Assembly: GCA_047967505.1 (NCBI GenBank) | Contig: CM106538.1 | Source: Dipteris shenzhenensis | Taxonomy: Eukaryota | Length of the DNA: 64,000 nucleotides | Reading direction: 5' to 3' (one strand) | In this document: positions 1 through 13,010 of the stretch, piece after piece | Layout of the letters: the number at the start of each line of letters is the position of its first letter | How positions within the stretch are numbered: the stretch's first letter is position 1 | Notes under the pieces: model-generated | Database searches by the model: none | Told to the model about the DNA's origin: nothing | Seen by the model: the letters and a program-made list of their open reading frames with translations, nothing else | Translations under genes and position numbers: made by a program

Positions 1-1560
1 CATGAGTATATATGTCTCTTACCTGGGTTTGAATTGTCCTCAGGTAAAAACATTTGAGGTCAGCGAGGGAGACTGCTTGCCTTTGCCGAAATCACAAAGA
101 AAGAGGACTGGTAAAAGAGAGAGAAAGTTGCAAAATTTTGTGAGGAGAAGTCTCTTCTCAAGCTCTTGACCATTTACTTTCACTTGTTCAAGGGCAAAAA
201 ATGTTGGAGATAGGGAATTGGCTTTCACCCAAAAGGAGATTTCACACCTTGAAGGGTCTATTAATCCACACACATTTAGTGTGAGAAAGGATTTGGTTAC
301 TATTCCTACTTTTCCACTTTAGCCTTGTGGGGAAGGGCTCTTAATCTGAGGTATGGATTCTTTTATCTGAGATAGTCTCCTCTTGTTATGTATAATATCA
401 ATTGCTTTACCTTTATCTGTGAAGTCCTTTCCAACAGTTACTAGAGGGGGGAGTTCCTCCTCAGAGAGGTGTTCCTCACCATTCTCTGTCATCATATCAT
501 CATTTTGGTTGACCTTATTTTCAAACTTTGAGGACCATCCAGGATGTGGGTCCTTGAGAGTTGCCTTGATATTCTCCATTATCCAATCCTTAGTTTCTTT
601 ATCCAATAAAACTTCAAAAGTGTTCTTTGATAGGAAGGGGTCCTTTACTTTATCTCTTCGTGGCTTCCTTTGTAATTCTGTTACCCTCATCCTACGGTTT
701 TTCCTACACAACTCTCTCTTTCTTATTGTGTTTAATCACCCAAGTTGGCTTACTCTTGGTTGAGGGCAACATAACCCCTCTCTTTTTCAAAGAGGAAAAC
801 ATAAAAAGCTTTTCTCACGAACCTTACATTAGTAACAATGAGCCCTCTCTTGACCCAATTTGTTCTCACCCAATTCTAAATGACAAGGGTAGGGGGTATG
901 GTGCCAAGGATGAACCCAATGAGTGCATGAGTGACCAACCAATTGACATATTCATATTGGATATTTTCATCAATAAGGGTAGAAACACTTGTACCTGGAC
1001 CAGTAGGCTCTGCATTGTCTTCCAATTCCCCTCCCTCTTCTTGTAGATCTTATGCCATTCCAAGTGTTCTTGCATCTACTCCTGGCACAAAATCGGTTCT
1101 TGCTTTACCATTTGCATGGGGGTGTGTGGCCAATTCCTCTTCTATTGGAGCCTGGGAAATGGAGTGCTCTCCTATTGCATCTCCATCAAAGGGAGAGTGA
1201 TCAATGTTTCTTTTGGTGGTGGGTTTAACAACAATTTCTATTCCTCCTTCAATTGTTGGGGTTCTACCTTTTCTTCATAAGGGGGGACCTGTTGCTGAGG
1301 TTGGGTAGGATCCCCCTCTGGCTCGATGCGCCATTCTTTTGGGTTGGGATTTCAACTGCTTGTTGTTATTTGGGATCTTGGGGTTCCTATTCCTCCAATA
1401 CATAACTACCTTGGTGAAGCATTCTACCTTCCATTCTTGCTCCTTTGTATTCTTTGAGCTTACCAAAGTAGCTCGGCCTCATGGAGGAAGGCATGTATTT
1501 ACTAGGATTGGGCCTAGATGATCCACCTCTCGCTGTCAAGCTGCCTCTCATGGTATTGCT
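1..1560 (-). mobile_element. Decayed LINE (non-LTR) fragment: ORF1 region and start of the APE endonuclease
   Basis: Minus strand near 150-300 reads FLTLNVCGL...FFALEQVKV, resembling the xLNVRGL/LQEVK endonuclease start. Broken ORF1-like frames lie at 320-1100. Confidence 0.55.
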
Positions 1561-1563
1561 TTT

Positions 1564-1690
1564 CATTAGGAAAAAATAGAGCTCATTTTGGGGCCTTTTA
1601 GCCAAAAAAGAGAAAAGCCCTGCACCAATCAAAGGAAGGCCAACATAACATTGAAAAAATTAGAAAATGGAAAACAAAAGAAATGTGATC
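1564..1690 (+). mobile_element. Terminal fragment of the CATTAGG DNA-transposon family
   Basis: CATTAGGAAAAAATAGAGCTCATTTTGGGGCCTTTT...ACCAATCAAAGGAAGGCCAACATAACATTGAAAA aligns with 41069-41190 and with the MITE ends at 3623 and 4076. Confidence 0.8.
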
Positions 1691-1740
1691 GAGTTTGCAT
1701 TCAATGAGGACAATTGAGCTACTTTATTATATATGATGTA

Positions 1741-1980
1741 TGGTGAAGAATTTGGTACTTTTGACATCACCCACGCCTCTAGAGCAGGCTAAAACCCCCT
1801 TAAAGACTTTTGAAACACAAAAAACGGCCCTATGGAGGCCCAAAAAAGTCCAAAAAGGCTCGAAAAGCCATCTGTACAAATGAAAGTGATTTGACAGGTT
1901 GGATTCGGTGTTTTAAAAGTCTTTCTTAGGGTTTTGCCCCGGATGCATCGATGATGTGAGAAGTACCAAATTTTGCACCG
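1741..1980. mobile_element. Tc1/mariner-like MITE with TA flanks
   Basis: Imperfect TIRs of about 80 bp (TGGTGAAGAATTTGGTACTT... / ...AAGTACCAAATTTTGCACCG), flanked by TA at 1739-1740 and 1981-1982. Confidence 0.65.
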
Positions 1981-3360
1981 TACATAAGTGGGATTATGTC
2001 ATATTTTATTGGCTAAGGTTAAGTTTCCTAAGGTTCATTTTTGCAAGTAAATGCAAGGGTTGACTGGCTCTTACTCCATCCTTGGATGAGATTTTGGAGT
2101 TGTGGCGGAAGAGAGATATTTGTAGATTGTCTTTCTGAGTTTGATTATGCAGTGACACCCATGTTTTGAAACATCCCAGGTTCTATTTTCACTAGTGATC
2201 ATTGCCGTGGTGCCGCGATTTCTGATATACATTTTGCAAATCATTCTGGTTGCAGTTTGAGATGTGTGCGCTCATTTGTGGTTTGCAATGGGTTGCAGTG
2301 GATGCTTTGCAGGCCATTTAGATGCATTGCAATCCTTGTTGGATGCATTGATAGGCCCAGATTGCCTTGTGGGATGCTTTATTGATGGACATTTAGCACA
2401 CAAATGTTATTTTATGCTGAGGGAAAGCTTCGACACATTGTAGTTGATGCACTCATAGTGCTATGCTCTCTTGGATGAGACATTATTGATGCTTATGCCC
2501 ATGGACGGTGTTTATGCTTGAGGCATTTGGCTCTTATTGGCATTGGGTTTGACATTGTTTTGTCATTGCGGGTCGACATTTTCTTTTGGGCCAGATTTGC
2601 TCATATGGATGCATAGTATATGCACATGAGTCAGATGAATTTTGATGCTTTGAGCCTTGAGTTTTGGTGACACTATCCTTCATTAACGCAAAAATATTGG
2701 CTGCACCTAGTATTTGGTGTGATTTCTCCTTGCACAGGTACTAGCATTTGGGATTTTGTTTCATTTGCATCATGAGGCCACAATTACTCTTTTACATAAG
2801 AGTCTGCAAACATTTGTGTACTCTCATCTAGTAAGAGCTATTAAGTTCTAATTACCAAGTTGTGCCTAGAAGAAAGATGGGCAAGAGAGTTTTCAAAATG
2901 GATTTAGACACGCATGAGCATATCATGGGGTGTCTTAGAGTAGCGAACGACTAAGACAGTACAAGAAAATGTATTCTCATTGTGTGACTGTAGTTAATCC
3001 TAAACTAAGGAAAATGTATTCCACTTATCCTAGAAAATGGAAGATATTTACAATCAGTAAATCCCAAACAACCGTCGTGCTCGTTTTAGTATATCCCAAA
3101 CAACCCTATGCTTGTTAAGTACTTCCAAATGAGGAAAAATGTATGCCACTTATCTTGTACAACCACTAGGCTCGTGATCACAAATTCTAAGCAAATGCAT
3201 TGTATGCCATTCAGCTTGTAATAATAGAAGGAAACCACATTGCTATTGGTTGTTAATCCTAGATGACTTATCATGTGCAACCAACCACCACCACAATCAT
3301 GGCCACTTATTCTATACTACCACCATGCTAGTTGTGATCCTAAAATAGCTTGTATAAATT

Positions 3361-3490
3361 CAATGGTTGATATGGCCTTGAGGAGTCCCCTTTAGGGGAA
3401 AGGGCCATATCGACATGCCACTAGACATATATTGCATGTCGATATGGCCCTTACCCCTAAAGGGGGCCCCTCGAGGACCAAATTGACATG
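3361..3490. mobile_element. Small hairpin MITE, family 2, copy 1
   Basis: Palindrome ...AGGGCCATATCGACATGC - loop - GCATGTCGATATGGCCCT.... A second copy lies at 30041-30206. Confidence 0.7.
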
Positions 3491-3622
3491 AAAGGAGACT
3501 CCTCAAGGGAAAATGATGTGAAATATATGAATGGGGCCCATATATCATGTGAAACCAACTAACCACTTATCCTATACTACCATCGTGTTGGTTGCAATCC
3601 TAAAACGGCTTATATAAAGGAA

Positions 3623-4076
3623 CATTAGGAAAATTTGGAGCTCATTTTGGGGCCCTCTAAGGACTTTCCTTGAGAATATTCTCTAAAAAAAGGGGGGCAT
3701 GGATAATATTTTGCAGATTAGCTCAAAACTTTTCGGACTTGGCATTTTTAGAACCTAGTCTTTGAGGGCTTTCCAATGATATATACCATGATGGGGTTTG
3801 GACATGGGAATGGAAAGATACATCGAAGATTCCTCTCTTATAGGAGAATATTCATGTAACGTAGGAAGATTCCTAGAAGAGAGGAATCTTACCTATATCT
3901 TTCCATTCCCATGTCCAAACCCCATCATGGTATATATCATTAGAAAGCCCTCAAAGAGTAGGTTCTAGAAATGCCAAGTTCGACAAGTTTTGAGCTAATC
4001 TGCAAAAAATTATCCATGTCCCCTTTTTTTGAGAGAATTTAGAGGGCCCCAAAATGAGCTCCAAATTTCCCTAATG
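3623..4076. mobile_element. 454-bp foldback MITE with CATTAGG...CCTAATG termini
   Basis: Inverted arms of about 200 bp. Left end CATTAGGAAAATTTGGAGCTCATTTTGGGGCCCTCTAA; right end TTAGAGGGCCCCAAAATGAGCTCCAAATTTCCCTAATG. Confidence 0.9.
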
Positions 4077-4229
4077 ATTCATGAGACCACTTATCATGTA
4101 CTACAATCGTGCTAGTTGTTATCTTAAAACATCTTGTATAAAGGAAACTTGTGAATTGCTACAAACGTCAAGAACCTTGGCAATAATTAAAGAGTGGTTC
4201 ATTAATCATTGAATAAATACATCTCATAC

Positions 4230-4975
4230 ATTGAGGTCTTTAAGCTACGTCCAGTCGCTTTGAGGTCTTTAAGCTCCTTGTTGGGAGGATGAGCCCTTCT
4301 TGCTCCTCCTTCAGGGGCTTTCAATTTTTTCTTTGATCTCCCTTCATCAGGTTACTTTGAGCTCTTTGAGCTACGTCCATGCCCTAATGGGAGGATCGGC
4401 CCTTCTTCTTAGGGCTTGAGCTTGGGCTTCTTCCCTTTAGTTGGCCCTTCTTTCTCTTGAGGCTTGAGCTTGGGTTTCTTTCCTTCAGGCTCCTTTCTTT
4501 TTGTATGTCCAACCCGAATTGCAAATATGATTGTAGCATCTAGTTTTTCACTCTGCAAATTGTTGTGCAATAGGCAGGCACATTTAATCTACCCATGACT
4601 TGGGCAAATGGCATTCTATGCATCTTGACAAACACCCCAAAGCAAAATAAATTTAGAGGTTGTCCCACCTGGTCCATCAGATCATGCACTCATATGTTAG
4701 ATGTGCCCATGGTAGACAAAGCACGTATGGCCCTACCGTATCTCAAGACGATAGTCATCCTCTTTAACTATTACGTGTATCAATACCATACTCTGACCTT
4801 ATACATGAGCAATGTATTTCTTGATTTCTTCTTGTCTCATCTTGAGAGTGTGGACATTCTTGTTTAGCACCTTCACTTGCTATTCACTTTGTGCAACAAC
4901 AAATCCATCTCAGCTACTCTTAAAGTTGGTGAAATTATTTAGCAACATCTTGTAGGCCTTTTCAAAGACACAATT
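4230..4975 (-). repeat. Dispersed repeat with a decayed coiled-coil/RING-like ORF, copy 1
   Basis: DNA similarity to 27640-28488, for example GGCACATTT.ATCTA.CCATGACTTGGGCAA and CCCAAAGCAAAA. Confidence 0.55.
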
Positions 4976-5224
4976 TTAGTTGTTGGTAGCTTAAATTTTA
5001 ATTAGATGAAGCTGGCTCATGATTATTCAAACGGACCCATTGCACTTGCATAAGTGCAGTTAATCTTCTAGTCACCATGCCATGAGTGATTAATTGGCAG
5101 CTCAATTTTGATTAATTGAAGGTGGCTCAAGATTATTAGGATGATTAAGTAGAGTGCCACCTGATGTCAGTGTTAATATTTTGAATTATCACCCTAAACA
5201 TTCTACTCAAATTTTCGCTCAATT

Positions 5225-8200
5225 TGAGAGATCTCAACAATGGAAGAGGAATGGAAGAGGTTGAGAGAAAGGGAGAGCCAAAAGAGAGAGGAGACACACA
5301 AGTTTTGGTGGATGCAAAACACCCTAAGCTTCTATGTCATCCATATATATATGCGTTTGATTATTGTACATAACCGAGGTTAAGGTACAGTTGCCTTTAA
5401 CCCCCACAACCTCCCACTTAAAGGCCAATGTGCCTTTAAGGGAGAATAACCAAAGACCATACTATCCAATGCTCATCAATACATGACAATAGTCAAACCG
5501 CTGATTAGGTACACTCTTCGTCAGCATATCTGCAGGGTTATCATCTATATGAACCTTGACAAGCTCTATGCGCTTGTCCTCAAGTACCTCCCTGATAAAA
5601 TGGTACTTGAACTCAATGTGTTTGGTCTTTGCATGAAAGATCGAATTCTGTAGGGTGAATATGGAATTACTATGCAATGTTGGTACACTTGTATGAATCC
5701 CCAAATCTCTCACTAGTCAATCAAGCCATATAGCCTCCTTGCAATCCTCTATGGCTACAACATTCTTGGCCTTTGTGGTAGACAAAGCAACACACTTTTG
5801 TGTGCAAGACACCCACGACACTGTACCACCTACAAAGGTCAACACATAACCAGAAGTGGATCTCCTGCTATCCACATGCCCTGCATAGTCTAAATCTATG
5901 TATCTATGTACCCACCACATACACACATCTCTCCTTTGCCAAAGTAGATACACACCTCCTGGGTACCCTTCATGTACCTCATGATGCACTTAACTACCTC
6001 CCAATGCCTCTGTTGGATTAGCCATATACCGGCTAACAACTCCTACTACAAATGCAAGGTATGGTCTAGTAGCTATCATAGCATACATAAGACTCCCAAC
6101 CGCTAATGCATAAGGAACCTTGGCCTTCATGGCTCTCTCTTCATCTAATTTGGGACTAACTGCCTAACTCAGTTTCACATATCTATGCAATGGAGTACTT
6201 ACTGCCTTCCCCCCCTCCATATTGAAACCCTGCAACACTTTTGTAACATACTCCTTCTGTGAAAGCCAAAGGATTTTCCTACTCCGGTCGTGCATGATGC
6301 GCATACCAAGAATATGACCTGCAGGTCCCAAATCCTTCAGGTCAAAGGCCTCATGTAACTTGGACTTCAATGCATAAAGCTCATAAGTGTTCTTGCTAGC
6401 CAATAGCATATCATCCACATAAAGTGCCAGGAGTATCAAGCTATTATCCTTAGCCCTTTTATTGTAGAGGCAGTGATCAATCTCACTTCTTCTGAAACCC
6501 TGGGACCGAATGAAAGCATCAAACTTGTGATACCATTCTCTAGGCGCTTGCTTAAGGCCATAGAGACTCTTTTTCATCTTGCAAACCAAATTCTCTTTGC
6601 CCTTTTCTTCAAAGCCTTCTAGTTGTACCATGTAAATTTCCTTATGCAAATCCCCATGCAAGAAAGCTATCTTGGCATCCATCTACATAAGCTCCATATC
6701 TTGTATTGCCAAAAGTCCAAGTACACATCTAAGTGTGGTCATCTTCACAACTGGAGAGAATATCTCATCAAAGTCTTTAGTACCAAACGGGCCTTGTACG
6801 TAGGCACATCATCACCTGTGACCATCTTGTAGACCCATTTACATGGCAATGCTTTAAGTACCAAATCTTATTCTTTATGAGTGAACTCATCTCTAATTGC
6901 ATAGCATACTCCCACTTGCGCTGATCCTCGCGCATCATAGCCTCTCTGTAGTAAGAAGGCTCCCCGCAATCAACACATAGTCTACCCCTAGAACAAATCT
7001 CTCAGGCAGTCTAGACACTCTAGATGTTCTTCTCAAGGGCATTTCAACTTGTTGTCCCGCCTGCATATCAACCACATTTGGCTCATCATTCCCACCATTA
7101 GATGATCCATCATCTGCCCTTAATTGTGTACTTGTGGTAGCACCTGGTGGTGGCACCATTTCCTGCACATTCAGTGCATGGACAACTTGTTGTCTATCAA
7201 CATATGTAGGTGCATTCACATCCTGGAAAGTGATTCTCCTCATTTCCACATCCCTCATGGGTGTCTTATGCATCTTCTTTTCATTGAAGACCACATCATG
7301 GCTTCGTATGATTTTCTTTGCTTCTAGATTCTAGAGACGATAGCCCATCTCTCCACTTTCACCATAACCCAGAAAGATGCATTTCTTAGACTTAGTATCT
7401 AGCTTCTTCCGAAGCTCTTTTCGCACATGTGCATATTCCTGACACCCAAATATATGCAAATGAGAGTAAGAGGGCCTCTTGCCACTCCATGCATCTTCAG
7501 GAATAGCACCATCCAAAGTATTACTAGGTGATCTATTGATCACATGCACTGCTGTCTTCATTGCATCAGCCCAAAAACCACCAAAAAGGCTTGCATTGGA
7601 AAGAATACATTGCAATCTTTGTTGAATGGTGCAGCTCATCTATTCTACAACTAGATTCTGCTCTAGAGTATGAGGAGACGTGAGCTCCCTCTTGATCCCA
7701 CATGTATCACAGAAATGCTGAAAGTCATGAGAGAGATACTCTCCACCATTATTAGTCCATAGGCATGTAAGCATTCTACCTGACTGATTTTCAGCCCAAA
7801 GCCAACCATTTTTGAAATACCTAGAACACATCGCTCTTTCGAGCTATAGCATAAGTGCACACTTTCCTAGTTGCATCATCAATGAATGTCACATAGTATT
7901 CAGCCTCACCTAATGACCGTGTAGGCATGGATCGCATACGTCTGAATGCACCAAATCAAACCTTTAAAGCTCTTTCTTTCCCCTTATTTTATGGGATGAT
8001 TTAGTCTACTTCCCATAGAGACAATGCTCACAAAATTCAAAATTAGAAAAACTCAAATGTGGTACATAACCCAAATGATATAAGAGTTTCATTCCATTCT
8101 GGCTCATGTGCCCCAACCTGCAATGCCACAAAGGAGTATTTGGCTGCTCGGTTATTGCAACAACATGATCAGACACCCCTGATACATGTAAGGGATACAA

Positions 8201-9345
8201 AGTCCCACACTTGGCACCCCTGGCCAAAACCATAGAGCCCTTCTGAATTTTCCAACTCTGAAAGCCAAAAGTGGTATGAAAACTAGCATCATCTAGCTGA
8301 CCCATTTAAATGAGACTCTTGGTCAGCTTAGGCACATGTCTTACATTTTTCAAAACAAATGCAAAACCATTTGTAAAAGAAAACTTTATGTCACCTGCTC
8401 CCATAATGTCACATGCATAGTTATTTCCAAGATGCACACAGCCTCTCTTTCCATTGTCATAAGTAGAGAACCATTCCCTACGGGGAGTAACATGGAATGA
8501 AGCACCAGAATCCAAAATCCAATCTTGGGAATATGCATCATCTAAAGTGGTAAGCAAGTCTGTAGGTAGACTAGACATGAAGAGAATGTCATTGTCACTA
8601 TCCTCAATGACTGCATTAATCTCCTCGATCTTCATTTTTCCTTTGTCCCAATGTGTATTCTTTTTCTTATCCTTTTGCTCTCTTTTCATCTTGTAGCAAT
8701 CCTTTTTCATGTGGCCCTTCTTGCCATAGTGGGGTAACACTCAATGTTCCGTGCCTTGGATTTGCTATAAGACTTCCCTCTTTCTTGGGACTTCCCCCTG
8801 AAGTGTGAGCTACCCCTTTGCACATTTAAGGTTGCATCCTACTTGTTGCCATCCATAGAATTCCGTCTAATCTCCTTGGCCAAAAAGCTACCCACAACAT
8901 CATCAGACTTCAGTACTCCACCAAGTGCAAAGTTACTAACAGCTATATGGAAGGTATCCCATGAGGATGGCAATGAACATAAGAGGAATATTGCTTTAGT
9001 ATTTGCATAAAAATCCATCTTCTGAGCCTGAAGGTGGCTGAAAATAATATTGAATTCATTCACGTGAGAAGCAATGGAGGCCCCTTCCTTCATTTGCAAC
9101 TCAAACAACCTCTTCATGACGTAAACTTTATTAGAGGCAATTTCCTTCTCATAAGTGGCACATAATTTCTTCCACAAATCTTCTGTAGTCTGCTCATTTA
9201 CTACTGTGAAATAAGCTGACTCTGCAAGATGAAGTCTTACAATAGACATAACTACAGGCTTAGCTTTAATCCATACCAAGGGTTTAATCTGCTTCTTTTG
9301 AATAAGCACATCCCTTATCATGCCTTTGTGTAAGTCCACATATTA
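5225..9345 (-). mobile_element. Decayed Ty1/copia LTR retrotransposon (gag-PR-INT-RT-RH plus 3' LTR; 5' LTR not seen)
   Basis: gag 8839-9339; zinc knuckle and protease WILDSGAS 8306-8740; GAG-pre-integrase LWHCRLGHMS 8006-8305; integrase about 7331-7960; RT LYGLKQAPREW/LYVDDML 6164-6850; RNase H 5462-5989; PPT 5409-5420; LTR about 5225-5408. Many stops and frameshifts. Confidence 0.95.
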
Positions 9346-9479
9346 ATGATTCTAGGCTAGCCCTTAGATGTCAATTCTAAGAAGTAGCTTCCATCCTCTA
9401 CCTTAAAGTCATAGCTTTGTGCTCCACTCCTTGATGTGTCTGGTGAACTTTCTCACTCTTGGGTTTGCAAGCTCTATCT

Positions 9480-10030
9480 GAGTGGGACATCGTTAAGAAC
9501 AAATCTTTTCTTACCAAATTTGATGGTGCTGCCTTGGACTACTCCTCCCTCTTCACTTAATCTATCTTCTTCTTTTGCAATTTTTAGCAAATTGTCCATG
9601 CGTGTCACATTAAAAGCACTTCTTTTGATTTGTTCTCTTCTTCTTGTTCTCACTATTAGGAGCATCCCCATCATCATTCCATCGTCCTTCCAATTGAGAC
9701 TCTTCTTGAATCAACAAGGGACCCAACTTATCAAATGTGAGAAACGTCATTCGTTCTCCAATGTTGAGAGTTGTCACCAACCTTTAGTAGCTCCTAGAAG
9801 CTTACTAACCAGAAGCATAACTAACTGGTTATTGTCCACCTTGTGACCCACTTCTTTGACTTGACCTCTGAGAATGTTCACCTTCACTAGGAAGTCATGG
9901 GTTGACTCTCTTACATCTATCTTTAAACTAAAAAATAGGCTTTGAAGCATGATAATCCTCCCTATGTTCTTGATCTCATAGAGATCCCACAAGATCTTCC
10001 ATGTCTCCCGCACTATTTGCCAGCAATGAG
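9480..10030 (-). mobile_element. Copia gag fragment of a second family
   Basis: WKILWDLYEIKNIGRIIMLQSLFFSLK... (UBN2-like gag) and a decayed zinc knuckle CF*CDTHGQFAKNC near 9575-9620. Confidence 0.65.
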
Positions 10031-11214
10031 GCAAGCTTGGGAGTCAAGTTGACAGTATATCAAATGGAAAGGCTTCTCAAAGAAAATGGGCACCCTCTGC
10101 AATCAAGATTCAGTATGGTTTCCAATAATTTTGCCGAATGCACAGGTGAGTGGGGAGGACTTGAAAGGAGCCTTTAGACTCAGCAAGAAGGGGGTCCAAA
10201 CTTGGGGGGACTTATGGAATCGGGAGTAGGGTAAAGGGTACTTGGTTGGAAGATAGAAACTTGATAACCAAATATCGACTCAATAGATTCGATCTTAGAC
10301 TAATACATGAGAGACAGATCCTCTAGTCAAGAGAAAGCCTATCATGAATGGGAGGCCATCCTTGAGGAAATTCAGATGGGTTGGGCAAAACCAGTTGACT
10401 CGTATCCCCATTTGTGTGGAAGGGCAAGAAGAGATAATAAGGTCACTCAACTTGAAATGGCACAGGAGAGATTCGAGTGGAACCTGGGTGAAGAGATTCG
10501 AAAAGGTGTGGGAAAAAAATATATCTCTAAGAAGCAATCCTACTTGCTCTAGCTAATCTTACATAAAGGAGTTTGGATAGCTAGAAGAGCACGAAGGGTC
10601 GATCATGAGGACAAAATTTGCAAGAGATGTAGAAGTGCCTAGAAGGATATATTGCACCTATTCCTCAACTATAGACTCTCCAAAACCACATGGACCTCAG
10701 CTCAAATCCGACACATCAGAATACCGCTCAATTACGCTTATCTTCTTCTGGGGGAGACATGCCTAGTAGAGCTCCCCCCAACTGGAATGCCATCCGAGTT
10801 TCGGCACTTTGGTCAATTTCGTTTCCACGATTTGTGAAAGTTTTTAATGGAAATGTTATTGATGCTAGTAATGTCTTTTTAAATTTATGTGTGCAGCTAG
10901 GAGCGCAGTGGCAATCTCCAGAAGATCCTCACAGCTCAGACACAGATACAGTCTTTTGCTCAGAAAGAAGATGATGTTGCCCAAGAAGAAAATAGCTTAC
11001 TCGAGAAAATACGACAACTTGCAGAGAAAGAATCAAATGAAAGAGAATGGTCACTGTAGCAAGAGAATGAAAGCCCGACTCCTCAGGGAACTCAATCTAC
11101 TACCCCTTTACAGCATCCTACTCCTCCCCCCTTCTCTCTTGACCCTGCTACCTTACTTGATCGTGTGCGAGAAGAGAGAGCAGTGATGCAAAGTGTCTTG
11201 CATGCCTAAGTGTT

Positions 11215-11870
11215 CTCTCTATGCCAACATGGACTTAGGTAGCACAGAATGTGTGTGTACAACTTGTACTTGCATAAGGCTAGTAATTAATCTCTCTTAA
11301 GAATCCTACATGCATGTTCTACATGCAAGTCCTACATGCGAGTTCTACATGCATGTTCAACATGAAACTCCTACATGCAACATGCAAGTCCTACATGCCA
11401 GTTCTACATGCATGTTCTACATGTAAGTCCTACATGCATGTTCTACATGCAAGTCCTACATGCGAGTTCTACATGCAACTCCTACATGTAAGTCCTACAT
11501 GCGAGTCCTATATGCAAGTCCTACATGCAACATGCATGTAGGACTCGCATGATGTTGCATGTAGGACTTGCATGTAGGACTCACATGTAGAACTTGCATG
11601 TAGGACTTGCATGTAGGAGTTGCATGTAGAACTCGCATGTAGGAATTACATGTAGGAGTTGCATGTAGGAGTTGCATGTAGAACTCATATGTAGGACTTG
11701 CATGTAGCATGCATGTAGGACTTGCATGTAGAACTCGCATGTAGGACTTGCATGTAGAACATGCATGTAGGATTCCTAAGATAGATTATTCCTAGCCTTA
11801 TGCAAAAGCTGTGCTTTGTCGCTACTCTATGCACACATTTTGTACTACCTAAGTCCATGTTGGCACATAA
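11215..11870. mobile_element. Foldback element: TIRs of about 90 bp enclosing head-to-head arrays of a 13-bp minisatellite
   Basis: TGCCAACATGGACTTAGGTAG... at 11222 and its reverse complement at 11845-11865. Internal CTACATGC(A/G)AGT(C/T) units switch orientation near 11535. Confidence 0.85.
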
Positions 11871-12649
11871 ATGTTGGCTCTTTCCCACGACTTCCACAAG
11901 AAGAGCAGGGTATTCTCAGTATGCAGGGTTCCGAGGCTTTTTGTCAGCTACGGATATATTGGTGTTGTCATTTGTAGTATAAGTGTATCTTAGGACCTCG
12001 AGTCATATTCCGGTGAGAGACGCAGGCTTAAGTGTGGTAAGCAAACATAGTGAATGCATGTGTAAAAGGAACGTGCATCATCATGGTTGAGGTAATGAAG
12101 GCTTTCACCTTCATCGGGGGTTGAAGGGTTTAGGAGGAGTTTAAGGGTTAGAGGGAGGTTCAGGGTTTAGAGGGAGGTTCCAAGGTTTAGAGAGAGGTTC
12201 CAGAGTTTAGAAGAGGTTTCAGAGTTTAGAAGGGGTTCAAGTGTTAGAAGGAGGATCCAAGGCTCAGGGTAGAGTACATGGTGGAGAACTTGTCTCCCTC
12301 ATAAATCATGGAGGTTTAAGGGTTGAGGAACTAATGGTTTAGGGGGAGCATAGGAGTGGGAGAGGAAGAAGATGTAAGAGCATGGGGGAAACTAGAGAGA
12401 GAATAAGGGAGGAGGAGGAGGAGGAGGAGGAGGATGGGGGGGGAGGAGAGGGAGAGGATGGGTTGCAAGGTTAGAGGAGAGGGGAGGAGGAGTTGCAAGG
12501 TTAGGACATGCTTTTGGACGTGGAGTGCAAGGAAGCATGGACACTTGAGACAATTGCTTGGAATACCAAAGTAGAACTCAACACAATGCCCCAAAGAGTT
12601 TGGGCTTTATTCCATTATGGGATATTTATACAAGTTGGAGAGCTTCGCT

Positions 12650-13010
12650 CTCTGCATGTAGAAATTGTAAGACAGTCTCTCTCTACATGTAGAACTTGCA
12701 CATAGAAGTTGCATGTAGAGTTGCAAGTTGCATGTAGGAGTTGCATGTAGAACATGCATATAGGACTTGCATGTAGGAGTTGCATGTAGAACTCGCATGT
12801 AGGAATCACATGTAGGACTTGCATGTAGGACTTGCATGTAGAACTTGCATGTAGAACATGCATGTAGAACTCGCATGTAGGACTGGCATGTAGAACATGC
12901 ATGTAGGATTCCTAAGAGAGATTATTCCTAGCCTTATGCAAGTACAAGTTGTGCTTTGCCGCCACTCTATGCACACATTCTGTACTACCTAAGTCCATGT
13001 TGGCACAGAG
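12650..13010 (-). repeat. Half copy (one arm) of the same foldback element
   Basis: GCATGTAGGA(C/G)TT array followed by the same terminus, ...CCTAAGTCCATGTTGGCACAGAG. Confidence 0.8.

Larger units (their letters stand above)
2990..4170 (+). mobile_element. Non-coding fragment of the DFAENY-type DNA transposon family, interrupted by two MITEs
   Basis: AAATCCCAAACAACC..GTGCT..TTTTAGTATATCCCAAACAACC and CACTTAT..TACTACCACCATGCT match 26190-26520 and the reverse complement of 53320-53810. Confidence 0.55.

Noticed and set aside
12120-12270. Degenerate GGGTTTAGA repeats of about 20 bp as a telomeric array
   Set aside because: Too degenerate and interrupted; treated as low-complexity sequence.
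11314-12902. ORFs with MQVLHASPTC repeats
   Set aside because: They are translations of the 13-bp minisatellite.
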